From a virus, in IMG/VR virus record IMGVR_UViG_3300045988_162524, positions 21,293-85,292 of that record: DNA of 64,000 nucleotides; one strand, 5' to 3'. Position numbers and translations under genes: made by a program. Below, piece after piece: positions 16,507 through 25,522 of the stretch. Within the stretch, counting starts at the first letter, position 1; each line of letters begins with the position of its first letter. The notes below the pieces were generated by a model. That model had not been told where the DNA came from and searched no databases. It saw nothing but the letters and a program-made list of their open reading frames with translations.

Positions 16507-16926
16507 ATGAGAGCAGAAGAATTAAGAATTGGTAATTACGTTAAAATAGATGCAGGAATTGGCAAAATAGTATCTTTAATGAGTAATACATTTTGTAATG
16601 AATGTGCTAATGATGATTACAATATAACAGTAGAAATGGGAGATGATATTTTTAGAGAAGAGGAAGAAGATAAAGTTGAAGGAATTCCTCTGACAGAAGA
16701 AATACTCCTGAATTGTGGATTTGAATATATAAATACCAATAATAAAGTATGTGGTCTTATTTCTCCTGAAAATGGGAATGGGGACAGGTATCGTATCGTA
16801 CATTTTTTAGATGGTGATTTTAGAATGGTATTAAATACTTGGAGATATGTTTCTATTAAAAACGTTCATCAACTTCAAAACTTATATTATGCAATTAATG
16901 GGAAAGAATTAAATATACAATTATGA
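16507..16926 (+). CDS. hypothetical protein (139 aa), paralog of 23047..23472
   Basis: Shared blocks ELR(I/V)GNYV, GIPLTEEILLNCGFE, VHQLQNL..AINGKELNI. Confidence 0.6.
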   Translation: MRAEELRIGNYVKIDAGIGKIVSLMSNTFCNECANDDYNITVEMGDDIFREEEEDKVEGIPLTEEILLNCGFEYINTNNKVCGLISPENGNGDRYRIVHFLDGDFRMVLNTWRYVSIKNVHQLQNLYYAINGKELNIQL

Positions 16927-17153
16927 AAACAACAGAAGAAATAATAAATTTAGTATCTAAAGCACTTGAACCACGTCCAATAAAATGGGTTGATATAAAC
17001 AATGATAATGTTAGATTCATGTATTTTGGAGTTACTTTTAGAGTAACTAAAGAGTTATGTGTAGATGAAGTAAAAGAACTATGCCTACATCGGACTTTAG
17101 CCGCAATTTTGCTTGAATTATTGTTGAAAAAAGAAGATAAACATGAAAACTAA
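16923..17153 (+). CDS. hypothetical protein (76 aa)
   Basis: ORF track. Confidence 0.5.
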   Translation: MKTTEEIINLVSKALEPRPIKWVDINNDNVRFMYFGVTFRVTKELCVDEVKELCLHRTLAAILLELLLKKEDKHEN

Positions 17154-17457
17154 TATTTACTACTTATTTTTAGCACTAATTGCGTTATTACTAATGTCAT
17201 GTGAAGAAGCACCACGAACTGAAAAAGATTCAGTTATAGAGTATGATGTGATTGAAATTGATTCATGTGAGTATATTATGGCTTCAAATCCGAAACGTGT
17301 GGCTGGAAGAAAAGTAATAAGTATAGCACATAAGGGTAATTGCAAGTATTGCAAAGAAAGGAATAGTACAGAAATTAAACAGAAGATTGATGCTAATACA
17401 GAACATAAGACTGTTACTGATACTATTCTAATTTATAAATACATTAAACAAGAATAA
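17143..17457 (+). CDS. putative lipoprotein (104 aa)
   Basis: Signal peptide plus lipobox: MKTNIYYLFLALIALLLMSCEE. Confidence 0.6.
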   Translation: MKTNIYYLFLALIALLLMSCEEAPRTEKDSVIEYDVIEIDSCEYIMASNPKRVAGRKVISIAHKGNCKYCKERNSTEIKQKIDANTEHKTVTDTILIYKYIKQE

Positions 17458-17458
17458 A

Positions 17459-17737
17459 ATGAATATAGATAAATTAATAGATGATGCTATTGAAAGCTAT
17501 GATACATATCTACGCTACTGCAACCATCTAGCTGTGGAGGCACAAAGATATATCGACTTTGACAATTTTGTTTCTTGCGAATATATCAATGGTGTAGGAC
17601 TTAGTATATTGGTAACGTTACCTGAAACTGATGATTATACTATTCCCGAATGTGTATGTCCTGTAGTAGGATTCTTTGAATATGCCAAAGATAAGGACAA
17701 ACTATCAGTAGATGACATTAAAAGACTATCATTATGA
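17459..17737 (+). CDS. hypothetical protein (92 aa)
   Basis: ORF track. Confidence 0.5.
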   Translation: MNIDKLIDDAIESYDTYLRYCNHLAVEAQRYIDFDNFVSCEYINGVGLSILVTLPETDDYTIPECVCPVVGFFEYAKDKDKLSVDDIKRLSL

Positions 17738-17949
17738 AAACAGAATCAAGTTCAGTAAATCCATATAATGGAATGTTCGGGCAGCAGGGATGGATTTGCC
17801 CGAAGTGTGGGAGAGTTTATTCACCTTTTACTCAAATGTGTCTGTATTGTAAACCAAATAATACAACAAATATTTCTAATCTTGGTAACAGAACTAATAA
17901 TATTGTCAGTGAAGAAGAACTAAGAGAAAACCGTAAAACGATAAAATAA
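17734..17949 (+). CDS. zinc-ribbon protein (71 aa)
   Basis: CPKCG...CLYC. Confidence 0.5.
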   Translation: MKTESSSVNPYNGMFGQQGWICPKCGRVYSPFTQMCLYCKPNNTTNISNLGNRTNNIVSEEELRENRKTIK

Positions 17950-18030
17950 CGAATTAAATAGCCTTGGACGGGCTTTGTAAAATCCTTAAACATTATTACA
18001 TTTGAACAAGAAGTTGTAGAAAACAAAAGA

Positions 18031-18240
18031 TTGCGTCAAGAAATTGATGCTAAGATTCAAGAAGTGAAAGACCTTCCAGTAAGTCGTGAACGTAGCCTTA
18101 CTATCACAAAATTACAAGAAGCTGTTATGTGGCTCGGTATGGATTTGAAACGACTGGGTACTGATAATCCTTATCCATCAAGTAAAGACCCTTCAACGGG
18201 AACAGTTATAGAACCTACCGCTGATGGATTGAAGCTATGA
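18031..18240 (+). CDS. hypothetical protein (69 aa), start uncertain (TTG)
   Basis: ORF track start is TTG. The frame is open from 17962 with no ATG. Confidence 0.4.
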   Translation: MRQEIDAKIQEVKDLPVSRERSLTITKLQEAVMWLGMDLKRLGTDNPYPSSKDPSTGTVIEPTADGLKL

Positions 18241-18512
18241 TTACTCAACAACACATTGATGCACTTAAAAAGTACCTTGGGGAAGAAAACCTAAGGTACT
18301 TCCGACACTTGAAAGGTTTGAAAGGATGCGTATTCCCCGTCCTAAGGTTGAATTTCAATAGAAAACACATTCCGTTTCATCCTGTAGGATTGAGGGAAGG
18401 TATGCAAATAAGAAATTGGATGCGTGCGAATTTTCCTGAATTCAGAAAGCTATCTCAAGACAAGATTGAGAAATATTCTAAGGAATTGGTAGAAAAAGCA
18501 ATAATAAATTGA
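18237..18512 (+). CDS. hypothetical protein (91 aa)
   Basis: ORF track. Confidence 0.5.
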   Translation: MITQQHIDALKKYLGEENLRYFRHLKGLKGCVFPVLRLNFNRKHIPFHPVGLREGMQIRNWMRANFPEFRKLSQDKIEKYSKELVEKAIIN

Positions 18513-18540
18513 CATAAAACAAATAAGAAAGGAATTAATC

Positions 18541-19266
18541 ATGAAATATATGGGAAGTAAGGCAAGAATAGCTAAAGAACTTTTGCCTATAATACTAAAA
18601 GATAGATTAGAGAGACAATATTACGTAGAGCCATTTTGCGGTGGATGCAATATCATGGATAAGGTAGATGGGAATAGAATTGCCAATGATAGCAACTCTT
18701 ATCTTATAAGTATGTGGAAAAGTTTGACTACCGGATGGCAGCCTCCATTAATAATAGAACGAGATTTTTATAATGAAGTTAGAAATTGTTACAACACGAA
18801 AAACGGTTTGTTCAATGATGATTTAATTGGATGGGTTGTTTTTATGGGAAGTTATAACGGACGTTTTTTTGATGGAGGATATTCAGGACATTCAGTAAAA
18901 ATAAATGGAGGCTTCCGTGATTATATTGGAGAGTCAATTAGGAATATCTTACATCAAGTGGACAGTTTGAAGGGTGTTTCTTTTTTAAGTGTAGATTATA
19001 AAGACCTAGTATTACCATCATGCTCAATAATTTACTGCGATCCACCTTATAATGGAGTCAAAAAATACAATTATTCTATAAATAACGAAGAGTTTTGGAA
19101 TTGGTGCAGGAGCAAAGTTGATGAAGGACATAAAGTATTTGTTTCAGAATATAACGCACCTAACGATTTTGTGTGTATTTGGGAACATACTGTTAAAACT
19201 GCAATAAATCAAATAATAACAAAACATGCTACTGAAAAACTGTTTATACATAATTCACAAGTTTAA
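18541..19266 (+). CDS. dam: DNA N6-adenine methyltransferase (Dam-like, D12 class)
   Basis: N-terminal KYMGSKARIAKELLPII, FCGG motif, catalytic DPPY (IIYCDPPYNG). Confidence 0.85.
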   Translation: MKYMGSKARIAKELLPIILKDRLERQYYVEPFCGGCNIMDKVDGNRIANDSNSYLISMWKSLTTGWQPPLIIERDFYNEVRNCYNTKNGLFNDDLIGWVVFMGSYNGRFFDGGYSGHSVKINGGFRDYIGESIRNILHQVDSLKGVSFLSVDYKDLVLPSCSIIYCDPPYNGVKKYNYSINNEEFWNWCRSKVDEGHKVFVSEYNAPNDFVCIWEHTVKTAINQIITKHATEKLFIHNSQV

Positions 19267-19294
19267 CTAAAAATAAAATAGAAAGGGGACTAAT

Positions 19295-19486
19295 ATGTAT
19301 GTAGCAAGAGACAAAGACGGTGATTTGTATCTTTATAAAAAGCAACCCGTGAAGTATTCGGAAAGTTGGCAATTATGTAGTGACAATCCCCATGATTTCT
19401 ATAAGCTAGACTCTTCTTTATTCCCCGAAGTAAAATGGGAAGATGAAGAGCCGACAGAAGTTGAATTGGTAAAGAAAGGAAAATAA
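19295..19486 (+). CDS. hypothetical protein (63 aa)
   Basis: ORF track. Confidence 0.5.
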   Translation: MYVARDKDGDLYLYKKQPVKYSESWQLCSDNPHDFYKLDSSLFPEVKWEDEEPTEVELVKKGK

Positions 19487-19488
19487 CT

Positions 19489-19692
19489 ATGAAAAATAGA
19501 AAAAAGTTAGCAATAGCAATCCTCTGTCGTGCTTATCTCCATATTCATGGATTTATTACAGATAGTGAAAATAGAAGAATACACAATAAAATTATGAAAT
19601 GGCAGAATGAAAATAAGGTATCTATTTCAGAAGCGCAATTGGATTCTGCTGATTTCATTTATGATGATAACGCTAAAGAAGAGGAGAAATAA
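19489..19692 (+). CDS. hypothetical protein (67 aa)
   Basis: ORF track. Confidence 0.5.
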   Translation: MKNRKKLAIAILCRAYLHIHGFITDSENRRIHNKIMKWQNENKVSISEAQLDSADFIYDDNAKEEEK

Positions 19693-19694
19693 CT

Positions 19695-20150
19695 ATGGGA
19701 TTTACAACACCGTGTATCATTCGTAAAAATACCACCAAGATTAGAGATAGATTAAAAGAGCTTGACTACAATTGCAATCCATATTTAGGTTGGCATAATC
19801 TATATACTACTATACATGGATATGCTTCGGTTTATTCAATGAACGATGATGATATAAATGTTCTCTCTAAAAAAATAGATAGTTTTATTGATTGCGGAAC
19901 TAATGAAGAACTTTTCTTGGCAATAGCCGCATTACGGGATGATACAGATGAAAATCAATGGTTCATAGCAGATTCACTGCTTAGTGTTTCTTATGATGAT
20001 ACTGTGGGTAACGACCATTATTTCATAGAACCAAAAGGCAGTATGTTCTTTTGGGATATAAACTGGATGAATGCAACAATCATTTCAGGTAATTTCCATA
20101 AGGCTACCGTAGAAGAGCTAATCAAACACTTTAAAGAAAAGGAGGAATAA
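19695..20150 (+). CDS. hypothetical protein (151 aa), paralog of 32888..33349
   Basis: Shared MGF..., IDCG.NE.LF..IAALRDDTD..Q.F, (F/Y)HKA(T/S)VEEL. Confidence 0.6.
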   Translation: MGFTTPCIIRKNTTKIRDRLKELDYNCNPYLGWHNLYTTIHGYASVYSMNDDDINVLSKKIDSFIDCGTNEELFLAIAALRDDTDENQWFIADSLLSVSYDDTVGNDHYFIEPKGSMFFWDINWMNATIISGNFHKATVEELIKHFKEKEE

Positions 20151-20151
20151 A

Positions 20152-20442
20152 ATGGAAGATAAACTTATAACGATAAACACTTTGAATATATTATTGCAAA
20201 AAGGCTTTAACTATTATCATTTCCCAACACAATCATTAGCCCAGAAATGGCTTCGTGAAACAAATAACCTACATATTTCCATCATTAGAAACGCTTGCGG
20301 TTATGGCTATGATATATGCAAAGCTGACAATGGAACTCATATAACCGATGGAATATTTAATGGTCCTAACGATGGTGGTCAGTGGGACACCTACGAAGAA
20401 GCATTGGAAGCTGGAATACAGAAAGCAATTGAACTAATATAA
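20152..20442 (+). CDS. hypothetical protein (96 aa)
   Basis: ORF track; AAGGAGGAATAA at 20139-20150. Confidence 0.55.
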   Translation: MEDKLITINTLNILLQKGFNYYHFPTQSLAQKWLRETNNLHISIIRNACGYGYDICKADNGTHITDGIFNGPNDGGQWDTYEEALEAGIQKAIELI

Positions 20443-20453
20443 AATACAAAATT

Positions 20454-20828
20454 ATGAAACCATTTGATTTAGAAAAAGCAAAAGCAGGTGCGCCTCTATG
20501 CACAAGAGAAGGATTTAGAGCTAGAATTATATGTTTTGATGCAGATAACGATAGATTCCCTATTGTTGCTCTACTTAAAGGAGATAATGGCAAAGAATAT
20601 CCCGTTTCTTTTACTAAAGAAGGACGATTTTCTGATGGGGAAGTAGACTCCTCAAATGATTTGTTAATGGAGGGAATAAAGAAAGAAGGATGGATAAATA
20701 TATATGAAACAGTCAGTGAAAGATGTATTGGAGCGGTTCACAAATCAAAAGAAGAAGCCATGCGTGTGAAAGTCAATGAAAAAGGTGTTACATACAAAGA
20801 TACGGTTAGAGTAGAATGGGAGGAATGA
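20454..20828 (+). CDS. hypothetical protein (124 aa)
   Basis: ORF track. Confidence 0.55.
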   Translation: MKPFDLEKAKAGAPLCTREGFRARIICFDADNDRFPIVALLKGDNGKEYPVSFTKEGRFSDGEVDSSNDLLMEGIKKEGWINIYETVSERCIGAVHKSKEEAMRVKVNEKGVTYKDTVRVEWEE

Positions 20829-20829
20829 T

Positions 20830-21086
20830 ATGTATGATTATGAAAAGATGAAAGCTGAAATGTTTGAAGGTGGCAATACTAGCAAATATTCCAAATTATA
20901 TACTATTGTTGTTGCCACATGTATTAAAAAGGTACATTTACAATAGGAGAAGTATTAAATGAAGTGTGTGGTGATAGTTGGGAAGTGATGTGTTGTATAG
21001 AATTCATGGAAAAATTTGGTTTTCTAAGAGAAATACCTTCTTTAGGGAATATAGCACAAGATAGGAGATTTGTTTCATTAATATAA
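20830..21086 (+). CDS. hypothetical protein encoded in two frames (needs a -1 shift or 1-nt indel at A5 run 20926-20930)
   Basis: Frame 0 MYDYEKMKAEMFEGGNTSKYSKLYTIVVATCIKK.. stops at 20944-20946. The -1 frame opens exactly at T-AAA-AAG and reads GTFTIGEVLNEVCGDSWEVMCCIEFMEKFGFLREIPSLGNIAQDRRFVSLI to 21086. Confidence 0.3.
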
Positions 21087-21095
21087 AAATAGTTT

Positions 21096-23045
21096 ATGAA
21101 AAAAGTAATTTTAAAAAAGCTTATTCTCCAAAATTGGAGAAAACAAAACAAGGAAATATCTTTTAATGAAGATATTACTAAAGTATATGGTCAAAATAAA
21201 GCAGGTAAGTCCTCTCTTCGTCATGCATTCCTATGGCTTATTACAGGATATGATGGGGAAAATAGAATGAACTATAATTTGTTCGATAATACTAAAACAT
21301 ATACACCAGAAGATTCTCCTGCTGCTGTCGTTGAGGCTATCATCGAGGCAAATGGATATGAATATTCATTAAAAAAAACAGCAGAGGTTGGATGGATTAG
21401 AAGAAGAGGTAGTAATACTTATGAGAGGAAAGGAACAGATGATTATAAGTTCTTTATTGATGGAGTAGAATTAAGTGCCGGAAAGTATAAAGAAAAGGTT
21501 GCAGATTTATTTTGTGATTTGGAAGTTCTTCGCTCTATTTTGGATATTAATTACTTTTTATATTTAGATTGGAAAGAACAACGCAAATATCTTGCTGTAA
21601 TGGCAGGTGAAATAACAGACAACGACTTAACGGGTAATTACAAGGAATTATTAGAGCAACTAGAGAAATATTCACTCTCTGAATTAAAAGCCCGAATTTC
21701 GTCAGATATTAAACCTCTAAAAGACTCTCTTAAATCCCTTCCTCTTACGATAAAAACTTTGGAGGAAAATCTGCCAAATGTAGAAGAGGCGGAAAGTGCT
21801 AAGAAAGTCATAGAAGATTATAAAAATCAAATTTCGGATATAGATAAAGAATTACAAGGAAGTGCTGAATCTATTAAACCTCTAATAGAAAAGAGAAATA
21901 AAGATTTGCAAGAAATATCTGATTGGGAACGGAATATTAGAACTGAAAAAGAAAAATACGATGAAGAACAGAATAAGATTCCAGCTTCTATTCTTTCTAA
22001 AATATGTTCTGTAACAGAAGAGAATAAAAATATAGATAAGAAAAACGAAGAAAACCAAAGAAAAAGAAAAGAACTATCTAATAAAATAAAATCATTAAAT
22101 ATAGATTTAGGAATTCTAAATGAAAGAAGAAATAACCTATTAACTAAATTGGATGAATGTTTGGAAAAGGAATTTTCAGCAGATAAATGTTCTTATTGTG
22201 GACAAACTCTTCCTAATGACAAATTAGAATTATTAAAAAAGGAGTTCTATAAACAAGTAGAAATAGAAAAAGAAAATATAATAAAAGAAGGGTTGAATGT
22301 AAAAGCAAGAATTGATGATGTAACTAAAATAATTGCAGAATGTGAAGCGAATCTTGCTGATATTCCGACTACTCTTTTGGGGAAGAAAGATCTGTCTGCT
22401 TTACAAAAAGAATATGATGAAGTTCAACAAAATGTTATCCCGTTTGAGCAAACTGAAAAATATAAATCATTAGTTAGCTTATTGGAAGAAAAGAAAAAGA
22501 CAATAACAACTATTCCTGAACAAGATAATTCAGGTTTACTTTCCATGAAAAAGGCTTTGATGTCGAATATTGAAGAGGAAAGCAAAAAAATGGGACTTAT
22601 TGATGAGCGCAAAAAACAAGAGAAAAAAATAGAAGAATTTAAGAAACAACTGAAAGATACTGCCAATGCTTTAGCAGAACAAGAAAAGTTAGATAATCAA
22701 ATTAAAACATACGAAGAAGAAAGAGCTAAGATTATTTCTGATAGAGTAAATAAATTCTTCAAACGGTGCAATATTACCATGATGTCGCAGGATAAATCCG
22801 GTGTTTGGATTCCTGATTGCGTGATTACTGGAATAGATGGAGCAATTGCTGCTACATCAAATGGTGCAGAAAGAATACTTATTGGTATTGATATTGCAAA
22901 TGCTTTTGCAGATTTCTTCAATGTAAGTTTGCCTCTGTTTGTTGATGATATGAATCTAATAGATTCTAGCAATGAAATAAAAACTTGCCATCAATTAATC
23001 GAATTAATAGTAAATGACAGTGATAATGAATTAAGAGTTGAATAA
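21096..23045 (+). CDS. Rad50/SbcC-like SMC-family ATPase with zinc hook
   Basis: Walker A GQNKAGKSS; long K/E-rich coiled coil; central CSYCGQ (CxxC hook); C-terminal LPLFVDDMN Walker B/D-loop. Confidence 0.7.
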   Translation: MKKVILKKLILQNWRKQNKEISFNEDITKVYGQNKAGKSSLRHAFLWLITGYDGENRMNYNLFDNTKTYTPEDSPAAVVEAIIEANGYEYSLKKTAEVGWIRRRGSNTYERKGTDDYKFFIDGVELSAGKYKEKVADLFCDLEVLRSILDINYFLYLDWKEQRKYLAVMAGEITDNDLTGNYKELLEQLEKYSLSELKARISSDIKPLKDSLKSLPLTIKTLEENLPNVEEAESAKKVIEDYKNQISDIDKELQGSAESIKPLIEKRNKDLQEISDWERNIRTEKEKYDEEQNKIPASILSKICSVTEENKNIDKKNEENQRKRKELSNKIKSLNIDLGILNERRNNLLTKLDECLEKEFSADKCSYCGQTLPNDKLELLKKEFYKQVEIEKENIIKEGLNVKARIDDVTKIIAECEANLADIPTTLLGKKDLSALQKEYDEVQQNVIPFEQTEKYKSLVSLLEEKKKTITTIPEQDNSGLLSMKKALMSNIEEESKKMGLIDERKKQEKKIEEFKKQLKDTANALAEQEKLDNQIKTYEEERAKIISDRVNKFFKRCNITMMSQDKSGVWIPDCVITGIDGAIAATSNGAERILIGIDIANAFADFFNVSLPLFVDDMNLIDSSNEIKTCHQLIELIVNDSDNELRVE

Positions 23046-23046
23046 C

Positions 23047-23472
23047 ATGGAAATAAATGAATTAAGAGTTGGGAATTATGTCAGCTATAATGGATTAAAT
23101 TTAGAAGTATATTCTTTTGAAAATAAATATCCAAGAAGTGAAAAGAGATACGACAATACAATTCTTGTAGATTTGCTTTTTGATGGATTTATTACCGCAA
23201 TATTACATGAAGTTAAAGGTATTCCTCTAACAGAAGAAATACTTTTAAATTGCGGATTTGAGAAAATAAATCATATTTGTGGATATTCTTTTTATTCTTT
23301 TAATAGAAAGAGTTTAAAAGATATAAATGCTTACATGCCATTATACATATACCTTAACCCTAATTGTGCTAAAATAGCTGATTTCACAGTTAAACAGAAT
23401 GTAGAATACGTCCACCAATTACAAAACTTATTTTTTGCAATTAATGGAAAAGAATTAAATATTAATCTTTAA
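23047..23472 (+). CDS. hypothetical protein (141 aa), paralog of 16507..16926
   Basis: ORF-track start 23038 is TTG; first ATG at 23047. Shares blocks with 16507..16926. Confidence 0.6.
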   Translation: MEINELRVGNYVSYNGLNLEVYSFENKYPRSEKRYDNTILVDLLFDGFITAILHEVKGIPLTEEILLNCGFEKINHICGYSFYSFNRKSLKDINAYMPLYIYLNPNCAKIADFTVKQNVEYVHQLQNLFFAINGKELNINL

Positions 23473-23483
23473 AACTAAAAGTT

Positions 23484-23849
23484 ATGAATGAAATTTTTAA
23501 TCGTGTTTATTTTAATGGTAGCGAACTTAGTTACGAAGTTAACGGGGTTGAAGTTATAAATGGTGATTTTCCTGATAAATATAATTTAAAAGGAGATTAT
23601 TTAATTAGCGGAGAAGATCTAGCTGCTATCACGGTTGCTCTGAATAACAATAAGGGGGTTATTTCTAAAATAGATATTAATGGTTATCGTTTTAATATCT
23701 TGATTGAAGATTCAGATAATATAATGAAAAAAATTAAAGAAGAACTAGAAGAACTAGAAGCAAAGAAAAAAATATATGAAGAATTATACATTAAATACAT
23801 TCATTTCAACAATCTTCCGTGGTATGAACGTATATTTAAAAAAATATAA
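23484..23849 (+). CDS. hypothetical protein (121 aa)
   Basis: ORF track. Confidence 0.55.
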   Translation: MNEIFNRVYFNGSELSYEVNGVEVINGDFPDKYNLKGDYLISGEDLAAITVALNNNKGVISKIDINGYRFNILIEDSDNIMKKIKEELEELEAKKKIYEELYIKYIHFNNLPWYERIFKKI

Positions 23850-23857
23850 ATAGGAAA

Positions 23858-24211
23858 ATGAATAACAATTTAAGTGTAAATGTAACTCTATCTGAACTGA
23901 ATGGGGTTATCATAACTAATGATGAGGTGGGTGGGGTGGAGGAAAAAGGTATTTTTATCCCACTAAGATTTAATACAATATATAGAAACAGAAAAGGGGA
24001 GTACATACTGACATTGAAAGCTGTTGAGAAAAAACCTAATCAGTATGGTTATGTATACGGCTTACTTCCTAAAGCTTCCAAGAAAAAAAATAAAGAGCTT
24101 GAAATGTTAGGACAAAGTACTAATACTTGGTGTGGAAATATAATAAGAAGCACTGAATATACAAAAGTTAAAAAAAACAGAGTGTCAATAGATGATGCGT
24201 TAAAAAAATAA
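23858..24211 (+). CDS. hypothetical protein (117 aa)
   Basis: ORF track. Confidence 0.55.
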   Translation: MNNNLSVNVTLSELNGVIITNDEVGGVEEKGIFIPLRFNTIYRNRKGEYILTLKAVEKKPNQYGYVYGLLPKASKKKNKELEMLGQSTNTWCGNIIRSTEYTKVKKNRVSIDDALKK

Positions 24212-24215
24212 CAAT

Positions 24216-24581
24216 ATGGAAAATAAAGAAAAAGAATTAATAAAGAATTTTGAAAGTCTTTCTAAATTTATAGAAGAAAATGATATTCCTGCTTTAATCT
24301 TAATTAAAACAAAAGAAGATCATTTTTCAGCAACAATTTCCAATATAGATGATATTACGGAATTATTTGCAAAACAATCACATAATGATGACGATTTAGG
24401 GCATGCTTTGTCTTATATAGCTACATTAACGATGGGTTCACAATGTTCTATGAATCATAGAAAGTTCTTTGAGTTTCAAAGGAATGTATTGGCTGCTATT
24501 AAGGAATATGATGAAACCTTTAACGGCTTATTCAATGAAGATGAAGAAGAAGAAGTAGATAATAAAATTTGCGATTGTTAG
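24216..24581 (+). CDS. hypothetical acidic protein (121 aa)
   Basis: ORF track. Confidence 0.55.
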   Translation: MENKEKELIKNFESLSKFIEENDIPALILIKTKEDHFSATISNIDDITELFAKQSHNDDDLGHALSYIATLTMGSQCSMNHRKFFEFQRNVLAAIKEYDETFNGLFNEDEEEEVDNKICDC

Positions 24582-24612
24582 TTTTATATATTCACATTTT
24601 AAAAATATTATT

Positions 24613-25050
24613 ATGGACAAATGGTTTTTAGGTTCTCTGAAATACGAAAAAGTAATGGAGAACGGGAAAGAAAAAAAAGTTACAGAAAAATATCTAATAG
24701 ATGCCTTATCTGTGACAGAAGCCGAAGCTAGACTAATAGAAGAGATGTCTCCCTTTATCAGTGGCGATTTTTCGATAAAAGCTGTGGTAGATACAAAATA
24801 CGCAGAAGTAGTTCCAAGCGATAATGAAGCTGATGATACTTGGTTCAAGTGTAAACTTGGGTATATCACCTTAGACGAAAAGACTGGGGCTGAAAAGACT
24901 GCGACAACAAATATGCTTGTACAAGCAGCAGATTTAAGACAAGCTGTAAAGAACTTAGACGAACACATGAAAGGTACAATGGCTGATTATAGAATCGAAA
25001 GTGTATCTGATAGTAAAATAATGGACGTTTATCCATATAATAGCAAATAA
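24613..25050 (+). CDS. DUF4494-like protein
   Basis: WFLGSLKYEKVMENGKEKKVTEKYLIDALSVTEAEARLIEEMSPFISGDF matches my recollection of the Bacteroidota DUF4494 pattern. It is paired with DUF3127 as in host genomes. Confidence 0.6.
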   Translation: MDKWFLGSLKYEKVMENGKEKKVTEKYLIDALSVTEAEARLIEEMSPFISGDFSIKAVVDTKYAEVVPSDNEADDTWFKCKLGYITLDEKTGAEKTATTNMLVQAADLRQAVKNLDEHMKGTMADYRIESVSDSKIMDVYPYNSK

Positions 25051-25052
25051 TA

Positions 25053-25439
25053 ATGGAAGCAATATATATTGAAGGTCAAATTACTGCAATACTCCCCGAA
25101 ACTAGAGGTGTGGGACAGAGAGGTGAATGGGTTAGCCAAGATTTTGTATTAAAGACAGACGATAACTATCCTAAAAATATTTGTTTCACTATTTGGGGAG
25201 CAGATAAGATTAAAGAAGCGAACATTAGAATCGGAGATGTTGTTAGTATTGGAGTAAATATCGAATCCAGAGAATTTAATGGACGTTGGTATACATCTAT
25301 AAAAGCATGGAGTGTTAAGAGGAAGTTTGAGGCACAGGCAGCTAAGCAAGCACCTCCTGCCCCAACACCACAGCCATCGCAACCAACACAGACTCAAACA
25401 TCTTCTTCTGTGGATAACACAGACGATCTGCCGTTCTGA
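25053..25439 (+). CDS. SSB-like OB-fold protein (DUF3127-like) with acidic SSB-type tail
   Basis: GEWVSQDFVLKTDDNYPKNICFTIWG...; P/Q-rich linker; C-terminal DDLPF resembling the SSB C-terminal tip. Confidence 0.6.
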   Translation: MEAIYIEGQITAILPETRGVGQRGEWVSQDFVLKTDDNYPKNICFTIWGADKIKEANIRIGDVVSIGVNIESREFNGRWYTSIKAWSVKRKFEAQAAKQAPPAPTPQPSQPTQTQTSSSVDNTDDLPF

Positions 25440-25514
25440 ATTGGCGAAACGTTACAAAAGTTTAAAGAAGGTGGTATTGACGTAGAGGTTATTGGATATA
25501 ACAAATAATATCTC

Positions 25515-25522
25515 TATATTTG
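25515..25522 (+). promoter_or_regulatory. -7 promoter box (TATATTTG) of the HNH gene
   Basis: Exact TAnnTTTG, followed by the structured leader 25524-25623. Confidence 0.5.

Noticed and set aside
17734-18240. Read-through linking 17734..17949 and 18031..18240, which are in the same frame
   Set aside because: Two stops (TAA 17947-17949, TAG 17959-17961) separate them. Sharing a frame has a one-in-three chance probability. The second ORF more likely uses the TTG start.
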